Virus record (IMG/VR): IMGVR_UViG_3300042559_001567
Location: 1-64,000 of that record
DNA from: an uncultured virus (IMG/VR IMGVR_UViG_3300042559_001567)
Lineage: Duplodnaviria > Heunggongvirae > Uroviricota > Caudoviricetes
Length of the DNA stretch: 64,000 nt
Strand: one strand, 5' to 3'
The stretch's first letter is position 1; every line of letters starts with the position of its first letter. A program made the position numbers and the translations under genes. This document shows, in pieces, positions 36,380 to 45,682 of the stretch. The notes under the pieces are model-generated. The model was not told the DNA's origin. It searched no databases and saw only the letters and a list, made by a program, of their open reading frames with translations.

Positions 36380-37111
36380 CTATTCGTATCTATTTAGTAT
36401 TTCACCGATGATTGGATTTCGTACAATATCCTCCATACCAAATTCAAATATTCCAATCCCCTTTACATCTTGTAATCTTTTCTTTGCATCAAATAAACCA
36501 GATTTTGTTTTATCTCTAAATTTATCCGATTGCTCAAGATCACCTGAAATAAAGAATTTTGAATTGTATCCAATACGAGTTAATAACAACTTAATTTGAG
36601 ATGGTGTAGCGTTTTGGGCTTCTTCAAACACTAATATTGTATTATCTACGTTCCACCCTCTCATGTACGCAAGTGCCGCCACTTCAATATAACCCATATC
36701 TTTTAAAGTTTCACGAGCCTCTTTACCGATAATCTTATTTAAAAGGTAATATGATGGATAAATGTATGGGTCTAATTTCTCTTCTAAACCTCCCGGAAGG
36801 GACCCTAATTTCTCCTCAGCTTCAACTGCGGGTCTAACTATAATTATCTTCTCATACTTGTTAGAATCGTCGTATAATAGGTCTACGGCTCGTTTCATCG
36901 CTATGTAGGACTTACCCACACCCGCAGGACCGAAACATAATGTAATTTGATTTTCTCCAAGAATGTCCCAATAGGTTTCTTGATTCTTAGTTAGGAACTT
37001 TTCTTTTGGTCTTTTTATTATTTGTCTAATCTTATCTTTATGAGATATTTTCTTATCTTCAACTACAACGGGAACTGAGTAGTTTTTCCCAACCTTAGGT
37101 TTTAATGCCAA
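36380..37111 (-). CDS. phoH: PhoH-family ATPase
   Basis: GPAGVGKS, RPAVE..LGSLPG, YMRG, EEAQN, GDLEQSD, DIVRN. Confidence 0.93.
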   Translation of the reverse strand: MALKPKVGKNYSVPVVVEDKKISHKDKIRQIIKRPKEKFLTKNQETYWDILGENQITLCFGPAGVGKSYIAMKRAVDLLYDDSNKYEKIIIVRPAVEAEEKLGSLPGGLEEKLDPYIYPSYYLLNKIIGKEARETLKDMGYIEVAALAYMRGWNVDNTILVFEEAQNATPSQIKLLLTRIGYNSKFFISGDLEQSDKFRDKTKSGLFDAKKRLQDVKGIGIFEFGMEDIVRNPIIGEILNRYE

Positions 37112-37158
37112 AACTTTTAAATTTTAAATTTCAATTGTTATTTTATATAAATATCTCA

Positions 37159-37758
37159 CTATTGACCTGTGGACCCAAATCCACCCGTTCCTCTTTCAGT
37201 ATCGGATAATTCATCTGATTCGACCATTTTAACTTGTGGGTAGGGTAATATAATAATCTGAGCACCCCTATCTCCTACTTTGTATTTAATTGAGTCTAAT
37301 CCGTTCGTTTTCTTGAATGTTGCCTGTATTTCACCTCGATACCCACTGTCAATTACACCCACACAGTTTGATAAAATCAAATCTTGGTTACGTACTGATG
37401 AACGCGGAAATACTAAACCAACGAAATTTTTTGGAATTTCCATTGAGATTCCAAATCCATAGGAAACACTAAAAGATGTGTTTTCAATTTCTCTTGTAAT
37501 TGTTAAATCCATACCAGCATCACCAACTTTAGAATAAGATGGTATAACGGCATTATCACTCAATTTTTTAACTTTAACAATTAATGAATTATTATATATC
37601 GGTGTTTCTTGAGTTTCATTTTTAATGTCGGTATTAATTTTATTTAAAACACCATTTAATTCATTAATAAAATTAAAATCCAAATCATCATCATTAGATA
37701 ATTCTGTTTCAAACTCTTTTAATTTTTTTATATAGTCCTCAATTTCTTTTTTATTCAT
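37159..37758 (-). CDS. dut: dUTPase (trimeric) with ~55-aa N-terminal extension
   Basis: AGMDL, PRSS, GVIDSGYRGEI, AQIII, RGTGGFGSTG. Confidence 0.93.
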   Translation of the reverse strand: MNKKEIEDYIKKLKEFETELSNDDDLDFNFINELNGVLNKINTDIKNETQETPIYNNSLIVKVKKLSDNAVIPSYSKVGDAGMDLTITREIENTSFSVSYGFGISMEIPKNFVGLVFPRSSVRNQDLILSNCVGVIDSGYRGEIQATFKKTNGLDSIKYKVGDRGAQIIILPYPQVKMVESDELSDTERGTGGFGSTGQ

Positions 37759-37972
37759 TTTTTAGTTTTTTTTCTAATATCCATTTATCTAATTTCTTAA
37801 CTCTCTCTTTTAAGTCATTATCTTGTGGTCTTAAACAACACTCGACAAATACATCCGTTACACGTTGTAATTCCTCAAATGTAACTTGAACACCAACTGT
37901 ATTAAGGTATTCTAAAGCCATTTTACTTTGCGATTGTCGCATTATCTGTATATCTCTACCGTAGAAATCCAT
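37751..37972 (-). CDS. Hypothetical protein
   Basis: 73-aa ORF in operon. Confidence 0.65.
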   Translation of the reverse strand: MDFYGRDIQIMRQSQSKMALEYLNTVGVQVTFEELQRVTDVFVECCLRPQDNDLKERVKKLDKWILEKKLKNE

Positions 37973-37994
37973 AATTCAGTTGGTGTGTTTGTTA

Positions 37995-38228
37995 TTAAGC
38001 CTTGTAATATTCCGGCGTGTTCTTTTTGTCGATAACACATTCAATTGCCATTTTTGCAACTGAAATACTTTCGCTTGTTCGAACATCTCCGGCTCTATAT
38101 TTTGACGCAACAATTGTCGCTTCTTCAACAGTTTCCGCTTCGATAATGTACTTTAATTTTTGAAGACGGGCGTTTCCGTTTCTGTCCATTTGTTCGGTTT
38201 CATAACCGATAGTTACTAAGTAATGCAT
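37995..38228 (-). CDS. Small hypothetical protein resembling the Bacteroidota DUF4494 family
   Basis: Y.V.I.YE...NG....KYIIEAETVEEA pattern (recognised by eye). Confidence 0.5.
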   Translation of the reverse strand: MHYLVTIGYETEQMDRNGNARLQKLKYIIEAETVEEATIVASKYRAGDVRTSESISVAKMAIECVIDKKNTPEYYKA

Positions 38229-38239
38229 ACGTGTTTGTT

Positions 38240-39463
38240 TTATTTATTTATAATTGATTTGAAAAATTCTACTCTATCTTGACACACTTTTTTTAGTGAG
38301 TATGTGTCTTTAACTGTTTCATATAAACGGTTTCCTAAGTCTTCAATCATATTTGGATTTTCAACTAATCGTTTCATATGTCTCGCCCAATCTTTGTGAT
38401 TCTTTTTTGTACCTACCAATAATGCGTTTCCTTTATCATTAAAATTACCTTCGTTTACCGCAGACAATAAATCCAAAGTGAATGGGTCTGTATCACTTGC
38501 AATCAAAGCCTTTTTATAAAAACCAGCTTCAATGACTTTTAATTGTGATTTATTTGCATTAAACACAGATTCAACTAACGGAGCCAAAGATACGTCAAAA
38601 GTGTTATAGTTTGTTGCATATGTGTTTATTTCTTTTGTCCATCTTCTTCTATATGGTTCATTTTCATCATCATATGGAATTTCCATAAACGTATTAAGAT
38701 ATGATTTATATTCTTCACTTAAAACTTTATAATCATCTGTAAAGAACTTTTCATATTTGAACCAAACAGTTTCATGTGGTTTAATTGGTCTATTTCTACG
38801 ATTACCTTTATCGTCAATTTCCATTACATTACCTCTTAAATCAAATCCACATAAAACAAATTGTACTTTATCTTTAAATAAATTATGTGTCGCGGAAATA
38901 CCACTTGCCATTAACTCAATATCGTGTAAATGTGATGACCCACCTAACCAACCGAATCTAACTTTATCTGATTTAATTGGATTTAGTTTAAACTGAGGTT
39001 CTTCATTGTTCACGGCATTTGGAAAAATAACAATGTTTTTAACACCTAATCTTTCTTTAATTGTTTTAGCAAAGATGGAAGTTGTTGTGGAAACATAATC
39101 GGCAATTTTAAGTAACTCGATTTTTTTCTCACCCATTTTAGAAATTTTTATTTGTTGGTACATTGGATGTCTTTGGTCAACAAACCATAAATCATCAATG
39201 TCCATTACAACTTTAATTCCTTGTTTCTTTAACCATAAAACTCTATTAACGTTATCTTCGTGAGTTGTTTGGTGTATAAAACTATGAAACACAACAATGT
39301 CATAATTTAAAAACGCTTCATCATTATTTTCAACATTATATGAAATGTCAACATGAAATTCATCCATGTGATTATCACCAATATATTTGTATGGATCCAT
39401 TATCCTAAATTTACCCACACCATGGGCATCGGACGGAATAGCTAAAATTCTCAATTTTGACAT
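38240..39463 (-). CDS. Glycosyltransferase, GT-B-like
   Basis: MDIDD, FGWLGGSSH..D, DVSLAPL..FNANKSQLKVIEAG. Confidence 0.85.
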   Translation of the reverse strand: MSKLRILAIPSDAHGVGKFRIMDPYKYIGDNHMDEFHVDISYNVENNDEAFLNYDIVVFHSFIHQTTHEDNVNRVLWLKKQGIKVVMDIDDLWFVDQRHPMYQQIKISKMGEKKIELLKIADYVSTTTSIFAKTIKERLGVKNIVIFPNAVNNEEPQFKLNPIKSDKVRFGWLGGSSHLHDIELMASGISATHNLFKDKVQFVLCGFDLRGNVMEIDDKGNRRNRPIKPHETVWFKYEKFFTDDYKVLSEEYKSYLNTFMEIPYDDENEPYRRRWTKEINTYATNYNTFDVSLAPLVESVFNANKSQLKVIEAGFYKKALIASDTDPFTLDLLSAVNEGNFNDKGNALLVGTKKNHKDWARHMKRLVENPNMIEDLGNRLYETVKDTYSLKKVCQDRVEFFKSIINK

Positions 39464-39514
39464 TATGTTACTTTATATGTCTAAAATATAACTAAAAAAA
39501 TTGGAAAAACAAAA

Positions 39515-40099
39515 TTACTTGGCTTTATTTACGCCAGTAATTTTACCCTTAAAAATAGAATCACCAACTTTTAATACTAAATTTTCATTTATAGTTGATG
39601 TTGTTTGGGCGGTTAGAATTTGATTTAATTTTTCATCCAATACTTTACGTATGGTGTTTTCAATAAGAACCGCAATTGCACCCATATCAATATTACCACC
39701 TGAAGATTGTTGTCTTTGTGGTTGTACTTGTTGTTTTTTAGTTGCAACACCTTCTTGTTCCATTAATCGTTTTGCTCCCTTAATAAAATCCATATCAAGA
39801 GTATCGTTTAATGAAATTTGGTTCATTTGTTGTATTGGACTTTCAATCATAGCCCTTTTAATTGCGTCGGGTAATTTAGAATTTTGTATTTTATCAATTG
39901 AAGGGGAACCTATTGGTCTTGTTGGAGTTGATTGATATTCAGTATTGTTCATTACATCTTCAGGAGAAGATAATAACATAGATTCATTAACGTGACCTCT
40001 TTCATAATCTCCTCCATCTACTTTATTCATAACTTTTTTGGCCTGAACTAATTTTTTCATTAAATCGTTTTGTGATATACTTCCTTTACCTTGTGACAT
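39515..40099 (-). CDS. Hypothetical protein
   Basis: 194-aa ORF. Confidence 0.7.
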   Translation of the reverse strand: MSQGKGSISQNDLMKKLVQAKKVMNKVDGGDYERGHVNESMLLSSPEDVMNNTEYQSTPTRPIGSPSIDKIQNSKLPDAIKRAMIESPIQQMNQISLNDTLDMDFIKGAKRLMEQEGVATKKQQVQPQRQQSSGGNIDMGAIAVLIENTIRKVLDEKLNQILTAQTTSTINENLVLKVGDSIFKGKITGVNKAK

Positions 40100-40134
40100 G
40101 ATAATAATATTTTCTTTTTTAATTATAACTATTT

Positions 40135-40857
40135 TTATAGTAACATTAAACTCTTAATTCTTTTTAAATTTTCTTGAAGATTGTTATCCTCCTCAGGGTT
40201 TTGAGTTGGTTTATCTTCTGGTTTTGGTTGTGGTAAGTCCTCTGGTTTTGGTTCTTCCTTAGGAGGTTCCTGTGCTTTTGTTGGTTTTACTTCTGGTTTT
40301 GGTTGAGGTAATTCTGTTGGTTTTGGTTCCGGTGTTTTAACTTGTGGTTGGGGTTTTTCAACATTAACATCAGGTTTTTCAATAGGTGGTTTAACTGTGG
40401 TTTTTGGTTCAACTTTTGGTTGTGGTTTTTCGACTTTTTTGGTTTTGGGTTGTTTAGTCCAATCAGTTGTTACATATGTAACACTTAATCCATTGTCATC
40501 ACCTTCTTTATAACCCGGTCTCTTCTCGTTAAAAATTTCATCGGTCACATTAGTTCCACTCATCCTACTCAACATAAACGTTCTCCATCCATGTTTTGCA
40601 AACCCCTTTTTTGAGGTTGATGGGGGTTGAACATATGCTCTCATAACCAAATTACCTTTTTTACTTAATCCTAATGCAACGACTTCTGCCTTTACTCTAT
40701 AACCCGGTTTCACACTATCTTTTTTAGGTTTTCTTGGTCCAGAATAATAAAACGTAATTTTTTTCCTATTTTTGATGGCATCAACAATAGGTTTCGTTTT
40801 AGTTGTTTTAAGTATAGATTGTTCTTCGATTATGTCAAAGATTGTATTATTTAACAT
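40135..40857 (-). CDS. Standalone WYL-domain protein with Pro/Lys/Glu-rich tail
   Basis: AIKNRKKITFYY..R....ALG..LVMRAY..GWRTFMLSRM; no HTH. Confidence 0.75.
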   Translation of the reverse strand: MLNNTIFDIIEEQSILKTTKTKPIVDAIKNRKKITFYYSGPRKPKKDSVKPGYRVKAEVVALGLSKKGNLVMRAYVQPPSTSKKGFAKHGWRTFMLSRMSGTNVTDEIFNEKRPGYKEGDDNGLSVTYVTTDWTKQPKTKKVEKPQPKVEPKTTVKPPIEKPDVNVEKPQPQVKTPEPKPTELPQPKPEVKPTKAQEPPKEEPKPEDLPQPKPEDKPTQNPEEDNNLQENLKRIKSLMLL

Positions 40858-40860
40858 AAA

Positions 40861-41238
40861 TTAAAAATCAGGGTAACCTTTTGATTCATTGTATTTATTT
40901 CTAGCAACAACGTCAGTTCTTGTTTTAATATCGGTTAATGAACCAACTTGTCCGTTAACATCACCTTTACCAAATTCATCCCCATCAGATAGGGCGTCCT
41001 TATTAACAGATGAATATTCATTACCGTTGTTGTATCTATTTCGTCCTAAATTATCGATTCTGTTTTGTATATCAATGGAGGAACCAACTTGTCCATTAAC
41101 GTCACCCTTACCCTTTTCGTCTCCATCAGACAAGGCGTTCTTATTAACTGAAGAATAACCGTTACTACTATTGTAACTATTCTTACTAATAACTTCTTTT
41201 CTAAGTTTTTCTGCTAAAATTTCTAATTGTGTTGCCAT
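40861..41238 (-). CDS. Hypothetical protein built from a 47-aa tandem duplication
   Basis: YSSVNKxALSDGDExGKGDVNGQVGS occurs twice. Confidence 0.75.
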   Translation of the reverse strand: MATQLEILAEKLRKEVISKNSYNSSNGYSSVNKNALSDGDEKGKGDVNGQVGSSIDIQNRIDNLGRNRYNNGNEYSSVNKDALSDGDEFGKGDVNGQVGSLTDIKTRTDVVARNKYNESKGYPDF

Positions 41239-41239
41239 A

Positions 41240-41737
41240 TTAATATGATATTAATTTTTTAAATTTTTGAATTTGTTCAAACAATCCAAGAGATGATATT
41301 GGACTTATTGTATTTTTATGTGAATTACTTTTTAATAAATTGGTTGGTATTTTAAAAGTTTCATCTTTAGTATGTGATTTAAGATGACTATTCTTTCTTT
41401 CTCCACCTATACTACCAATTTCATCAGCTCTTTTTCTTGCGTCTTTGACATTACTAACTAAATCTCTTTCTCCCTGTAAATGTTGTTTAGACCACTTATC
41501 CATTAAATCTCCGCCGGATAAATCATATTTAACCCTATCTACCGACTTATCCATTTTTTGGAAATCGTGGATAATTCTTTTAAGTTGACCATATTTTACA
41601 GTTTTATCTGTTAAAAGTTTTTGTGCTCTTTGTACACCATGTACGTGTTGTCCACCCAAACTCTTAATAGTGTGATTAATTTTGTCCAATATGTTTTGAG
41701 GTATGTTGAATACCCTATCTTTTAAATCTTTATTCAT
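41240..41737 (-). CDS. Basic hypothetical protein
   Basis: 165 aa; C-terminal LFEQIQKFKKLI. Confidence 0.7.
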   Translation of the reverse strand: MNKDLKDRVFNIPQNILDKINHTIKSLGGQHVHGVQRAQKLLTDKTVKYGQLKRIIHDFQKMDKSVDRVKYDLSGGDLMDKWSKQHLQGERDLVSNVKDARKRADEIGSIGGERKNSHLKSHTKDETFKIPTNLLKSNSHKNTISPISSLGLFEQIQKFKKLISY

Positions 41738-42473
41738 TATCTTTTAAATGTTTCATAATATCATTAATTGATAATTTATGACTATTCATTGTATTTTTCA
41801 ATGATTTTAATTGTTTTAAAACAATTGGGTTAATTTCTTTTTCTTCTGTTTGTTCGTCTTTTGAAACGATTTCATTGTCTTTTGCCCTTTTAGATAAAAC
41901 ACTTTCGATATATTCCTCCATGAATTTTTTAGGATTCTCAACCAATCTTACCTTATCCGCGGGTAATTTTTTATCATAACCCATTTGAGCTAACCTATCT
42001 TCAGCTTCAGGTTCATCTAAACCTAATTCACCTTTAAAATGGTCTTCAGCATCCTCATAATCAGCATCTTTTGCCATCGTGTCGTCAAATCCTAACGCTT
42101 TACTCATATCCGATTCAGCCCAATATCTCATTGTTGATCCACCAACATTAGCCATTCTACCCATAGAACCATGAGCCGCCTTTGCAACATCATCACTTGT
42201 TTTCTTTTGTGTGACACCTTTCGTATTAAAATCAGTTGGTTTTTTGCCTGTAGCAATATTTCCGTATTTGTCTACAATTTCATCGACCTCTGTCTCTACC
42301 TTATCAGGTATTTCGTCATAATTTGTTTTATCAGAGAATTCCTTAGCCCATTTACTCCATTTCTTCTTTTCTTTCTTAGGTTTACCCTTTTCATTCGCCT
42401 TAGCGTAGAAGAACCTTTGTTGTGCTTTTGATGCAAATTTCTCCTCAATTACCTGTTTTATAAAATTATTCAT
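41730..42473 (-). CDS. Hypothetical protein, probably head-packaged
   Basis: Late-type motif upstream; VIEE then KFASKAQQRFFYA module. Confidence 0.7.
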   Translation of the reverse strand: MNNFIKQVIEEKFASKAQQRFFYAKANEKGKPKKEKKKWSKWAKEFSDKTNYDEIPDKVETEVDEIVDKYGNIATGKKPTDFNTKGVTQKKTSDDVAKAAHGSMGRMANVGGSTMRYWAESDMSKALGFDDTMAKDADYEDAEDHFKGELGLDEPEAEDRLAQMGYDKKLPADKVRLVENPKKFMEEYIESVLSKRAKDNEIVSKDEQTEEKEINPIVLKQLKSLKNTMNSHKLSINDIMKHLKDNE

Positions 42474-42488
42474 CTAAATCGGTTTTAT

Positions 42489-42521
42489 TATAAATATCAA
42501 ATCTTATGAAAGATATTTATA
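42489..42521. promoter_or_regulatory. Back-to-back pair of TATTTATA late-type motifs serving divergent genes
   Basis: TATAAATATC(42489)...GATATTTATA(42521) inverted repeat; supports ATG 42527 as the true start. Confidence 0.7.
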
Positions 42522-42526
42522 GAAAC

Positions 42527-43681
42527 ATGAATAGACAGAATATTTTAAATTTTTATGGGTTAAAATTAGATTTAAGGTTGGATTCTTCCGAATTATATGA
42601 TTTTGAATTATCAAAAGACGTGAATTATGATTCCGACGTTTTAGATTTAACAAATGAAATTATATATACAGGATTAACAATAGATTCTTCATGTTATACC
42701 AATTTTACAACTCCGTGGTCAATACCAATTAACGAGAGATATACAGGTCATACATGTAATTTCAACATTAGAAGACGTACTGAAAAGGGTTGGACTTTGG
42801 ATTTTGTTTTTAATAAGGAGAATATACCTTGGTCGGGTGGTACTACATTTTACTATTGGGGTATTAGTGGGGAAACGGTACAATCTAACTATGCTGACAA
42901 CAACCTTTCCTTTTCGTTTACGGATGACCGTAGAATAAAATGGGAATCTTATAGGTATTCTGGTTTATGTGATTCAAGTTCGGGTTATACTGAGAGTTAT
43001 TATATATCTTCAGGACAAACCCCTGTTTTATGTAGTGGTGGTACTTCAATGGATTTTAATATAACCATTACTTTCGACAGATATAAACACTACGAAGGTT
43101 GTGAGATTGAAAACGACGGTGGGTGGAACGATTTAATAAGAGGTCCATACCCTATTTCTTATACTGGGTCATCAACCGGAACTACAACAACTCAAATAAC
43201 AACTGGCTATACCATAACAAACTCAATAGATGTATTATCGGGGGCAACACCAACATATGAATTTATTGAGAAATTAAATAGAGAGTGGGCTTCAGAAAAA
43301 CAGAGAAGGTTGGGTACGTTAAAGATATTTTTAAATGGAAATTTAATTTATAAAGTAAAAGATTGGGAGGAAATAATACCTTCACTAAGAGAATCTGAAA
43401 ATAAAATTGTACAAATATGGGGTGGAGGAACCAGTGGTATACAATCATTACATACAGGGAATACACAATTTAATGTTTATCAAATAAAATATTTTGAAGA
43501 ACCATTAAATTTCCCGAGAGTAAGACACCATTATCTGACCGAAATAAAACCAAATTTTGACATTGTTGAATGTTATGAAGATTGTTTAGACACATTAAGT
43601 GGTGTATTTTCAAACGCATTACTGACAGAGGATGGTGAAGACATAATAACTGAAAATAATAATGATATCATACTATTTTAA
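42527..43681 (+). CDS. Probable virion structural protein (LamG/ConA-like beta-sandwich features)
   Basis: GTLKIFLNG, IWGGG, IKYFEEPL; C-terminal LLTEDGEDIITE. Confidence 0.6.
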   Translation: MNRQNILNFYGLKLDLRLDSSELYDFELSKDVNYDSDVLDLTNEIIYTGLTIDSSCYTNFTTPWSIPINERYTGHTCNFNIRRRTEKGWTLDFVFNKENIPWSGGTTFYYWGISGETVQSNYADNNLSFSFTDDRRIKWESYRYSGLCDSSSGYTESYYISSGQTPVLCSGGTSMDFNITITFDRYKHYEGCEIENDGGWNDLIRGPYPISYTGSSTGTTTTQITTGYTITNSIDVLSGATPTYEFIEKLNREWASEKQRRLGTLKIFLNGNLIYKVKDWEEIIPSLRESENKIVQIWGGGTSGIQSLHTGNTQFNVYQIKYFEEPLNFPRVRHHYLTEIKPNFDIVECYEDCLDTLSGVFSNALLTEDGEDIITENNNDIILF

Positions 43682-43694
43682 ACTATTTATTTAA

Positions 43695-44027
43695 ATGGCA
43701 GGAAAAAAAATAACAGAACTATCTAGTTCAATTGCTCCAAGTTTAACCGGAGTTACCGCGGTTGCATTTGGTGGTACAACATATAAATCGACATTATCCA
43801 CACTTAGACAAACGTTAGTTGATAGTGGTTCACATTATTTTACCGGTAGTCAATATATTAGTGGTAGTTTATCGTTAACAGGTTCATTAAATGTTACTGG
43901 CAGTGCAAATGTAAACGGAAGTAATATTATGTCATCAAATACCGTTAATAAACTCGAAACTATTACATCATCATCATATGCATCGATAACACCAGTTAGT
44001 GGTACATTGTATATTATAATAAATTAA
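43695..44027 (+). CDS. Short tail-fibre-like structural protein
   Basis: MAGKKITEL start; TGS beta repeats; GTLYII end. Confidence 0.55.
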   Translation: MAGKKITELSSSIAPSLTGVTAVAFGGTTYKSTLSTLRQTLVDSGSHYFTGSQYISGSLSLTGSLNVTGSANVNGSNIMSSNTVNKLETITSSSYASITPVSGTLYIIIN

Positions 44028-44028
44028 A

Positions 44029-45192
44029 ATGAGTTTATTTACAAACGCATCAGATATTAAGTTTAATGGTAACACACCATCTTTTGTTTATTTAAATGGA
44101 AACATAATTTGGTCTTCGGTTGTAACTCCAATACTTACTCAAAGTATTACACCAACTAATACTATGACACCAACCGGAACGGCAACCCCCACACCAACTC
44201 AAACACCAACTAATACTGTTACACCAACTCAAACACCAACTAATACTGTTACACCTACCGGAACACCAACTCCAACTCAAACACCTACTATTACTTTAAC
44301 ACAAACAAATACAGTAACACCGACCAACACACCCACACCAAGTATTACTCCAACAATTAGTTTAACACCAACTAATACGGTAACACCTACAAATACCATT
44401 ACTCAAACACCAACTCAAACACCAAGTGAAACTCCAACGATGACTCCGTCGGAAACACCAACTCAAACACCAAGTGAAACTCCAACGATGACTCCGTCGG
44501 AAACACCAACACAAACGCCAACACAAACGATAACTCAAACACCAACAAATAGTCAAACTCCAACGGTAACTCCTTCTGAAACGCCCACAATGACCCCATC
44601 AGAAACACCAACCATGACACCAACTAATACAGTAACACCAACACCTAGTATTACACCTACCATTACTTTAACACCAACGATGACTCCGTCGGAAACACCA
44701 ACAATGACACCAACAATGACACCAACAATGACTATGACGCCAAGTCCAACATCACCAATGGTAGTTACTAGTGAATGGTATTTAACGGGCGATGAGGGTT
44801 TATTTTTTGGACAGACGAGTGCAACTTTCGATGGTAATGGTGAATCACTTTTCACATATAATCCTACAGGACAGCCTAGTGATATAGTTGTTACATATAA
44901 TCCTAATTTTATTAGTAATACATTTGTTATACTTCGTTTTAACACCAAAAATAGTGCGGGTGTTGATTATTTATCATTATTTCAAAGCATTAAAGATAAT
45001 GGAGGTACAGTGTCATTAACACAAGGTTCGAACACCGCAAGATATTCACTTGCTCCGGGTTTTAACTATATATTTAATCAACCAACATATAATACATTTA
45101 TTATATCTGAGACAGGCGGAGTAACACAAACACAAGATTCACCTAATCCATTTGTAAAGAATTTACCAATAACAATAACATTTAGAGGATAA
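44029..45192 (+). CDS. Mucin-like Thr/Pro-repeat protein, probably virion surface
   Basis: ~200 aa of TPTNT/TPSET/TPTQ repeats between two small domains. Confidence 0.75.
   Translation: MSLFTNASDIKFNGNTPSFVYLNGNIIWSSVVTPILTQSITPTNTMTPTGTATPTPTQTPTNTVTPTQTPTNTVTPTGTPTPTQTPTITLTQTNTVTPTNTPTPSITPTISLTPTNTVTPTNTITQTPTQTPSETPTMTPSETPTQTPSETPTMTPSETPTQTPTQTITQTPTNSQTPTVTPSETPTMTPSETPTMTPTNTVTPTPSITPTITLTPTMTPSETPTMTPTMTPTMTMTPSPTSPMVVTSEWYLTGDEGLFFGQTSATFDGNGESLFTYNPTGQPSDIVVTYNPNFISNTFVILRFNTKNSAGVDYLSLFQSIKDNGGTVSLTQGSNTARYSLAPGFNYIFNQPTYNTFIISETGGVTQTQDSPNPFVKNLPITITFRG
44124..44757 (+). repeat. Coding TPxx tandem repeats
   Basis: e.g. acaccaactcaaacaccaagtgaaactccaacgatgactccgtcggaa duplicated exactly at ~44407 and ~44455. 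Confidence 0.9.
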
Positions 45193-45222
45193 ATAATATT
45201 AAAAAAACAATATTTATAACAT

Positions 45223-45591
45223 ATGGAATTCTTTATAAGACAAGGGGCATCTGACCCAATATTAAAAATGAGGATGATTGATGACGGTAAAAACGACAAA
45301 TCATCATTTAATGATATGCTCGAAAGTGCAGACATCACATTTGAAATGTCTGACGTTAAAACAGGGGAACCCGTAATATTGAATAGTGATTGTTTAGTGA
45401 CAACGAGAACAAAATTATATAACCAAACAACCGAGGAATATTATATTACACATAGATTTACTGAAACCCAAACTTCAGAAATGGGTAAATTTGAGGGTAA
45501 AATAACTATACAATTTTTAGACACAAACGGAAACCCAACAACAAAATTGATATTACCCGTTAAAGAAAAATTATACATCAACATTTTTTAA
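45223..45591 (+). CDS. Small structural protein, BppU-N-like
   Basis: FFIRQG..P.L..., ITFEM, GKFEGKITIQF, LILP. Confidence 0.55.
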   Translation: MEFFIRQGASDPILKMRMIDDGKNDKSSFNDMLESADITFEMSDVKTGEPVILNSDCLVTTRTKLYNQTTEEYYITHRFTETQTSEMGKFEGKITIQFLDTNGNPTTKLILPVKEKLYINIF

Positions 45592-45682
45592 TACCGATTT
45601 TAATTCTTATATTTACAGATGAAAACAAGGCAAACTACTGATTTTCAGTAAGCTAATACGTCACATTTAAAAAAATTATAAG

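Noticed and set aside
44124..44757. Possible CRISPR array or DGR repeats
   Set aside because: Repeats are in-frame coding TPxx units without unique spacers; no cas or reverse transcriptase gene in the window
45626..45665. GGCAAAC plus stem resembles the start of a c-di-GMP-I riboswitch
   Set aside because: No GNRA loop, no GACGCAAAG and no second stem; kept only as a generic leader hairpin
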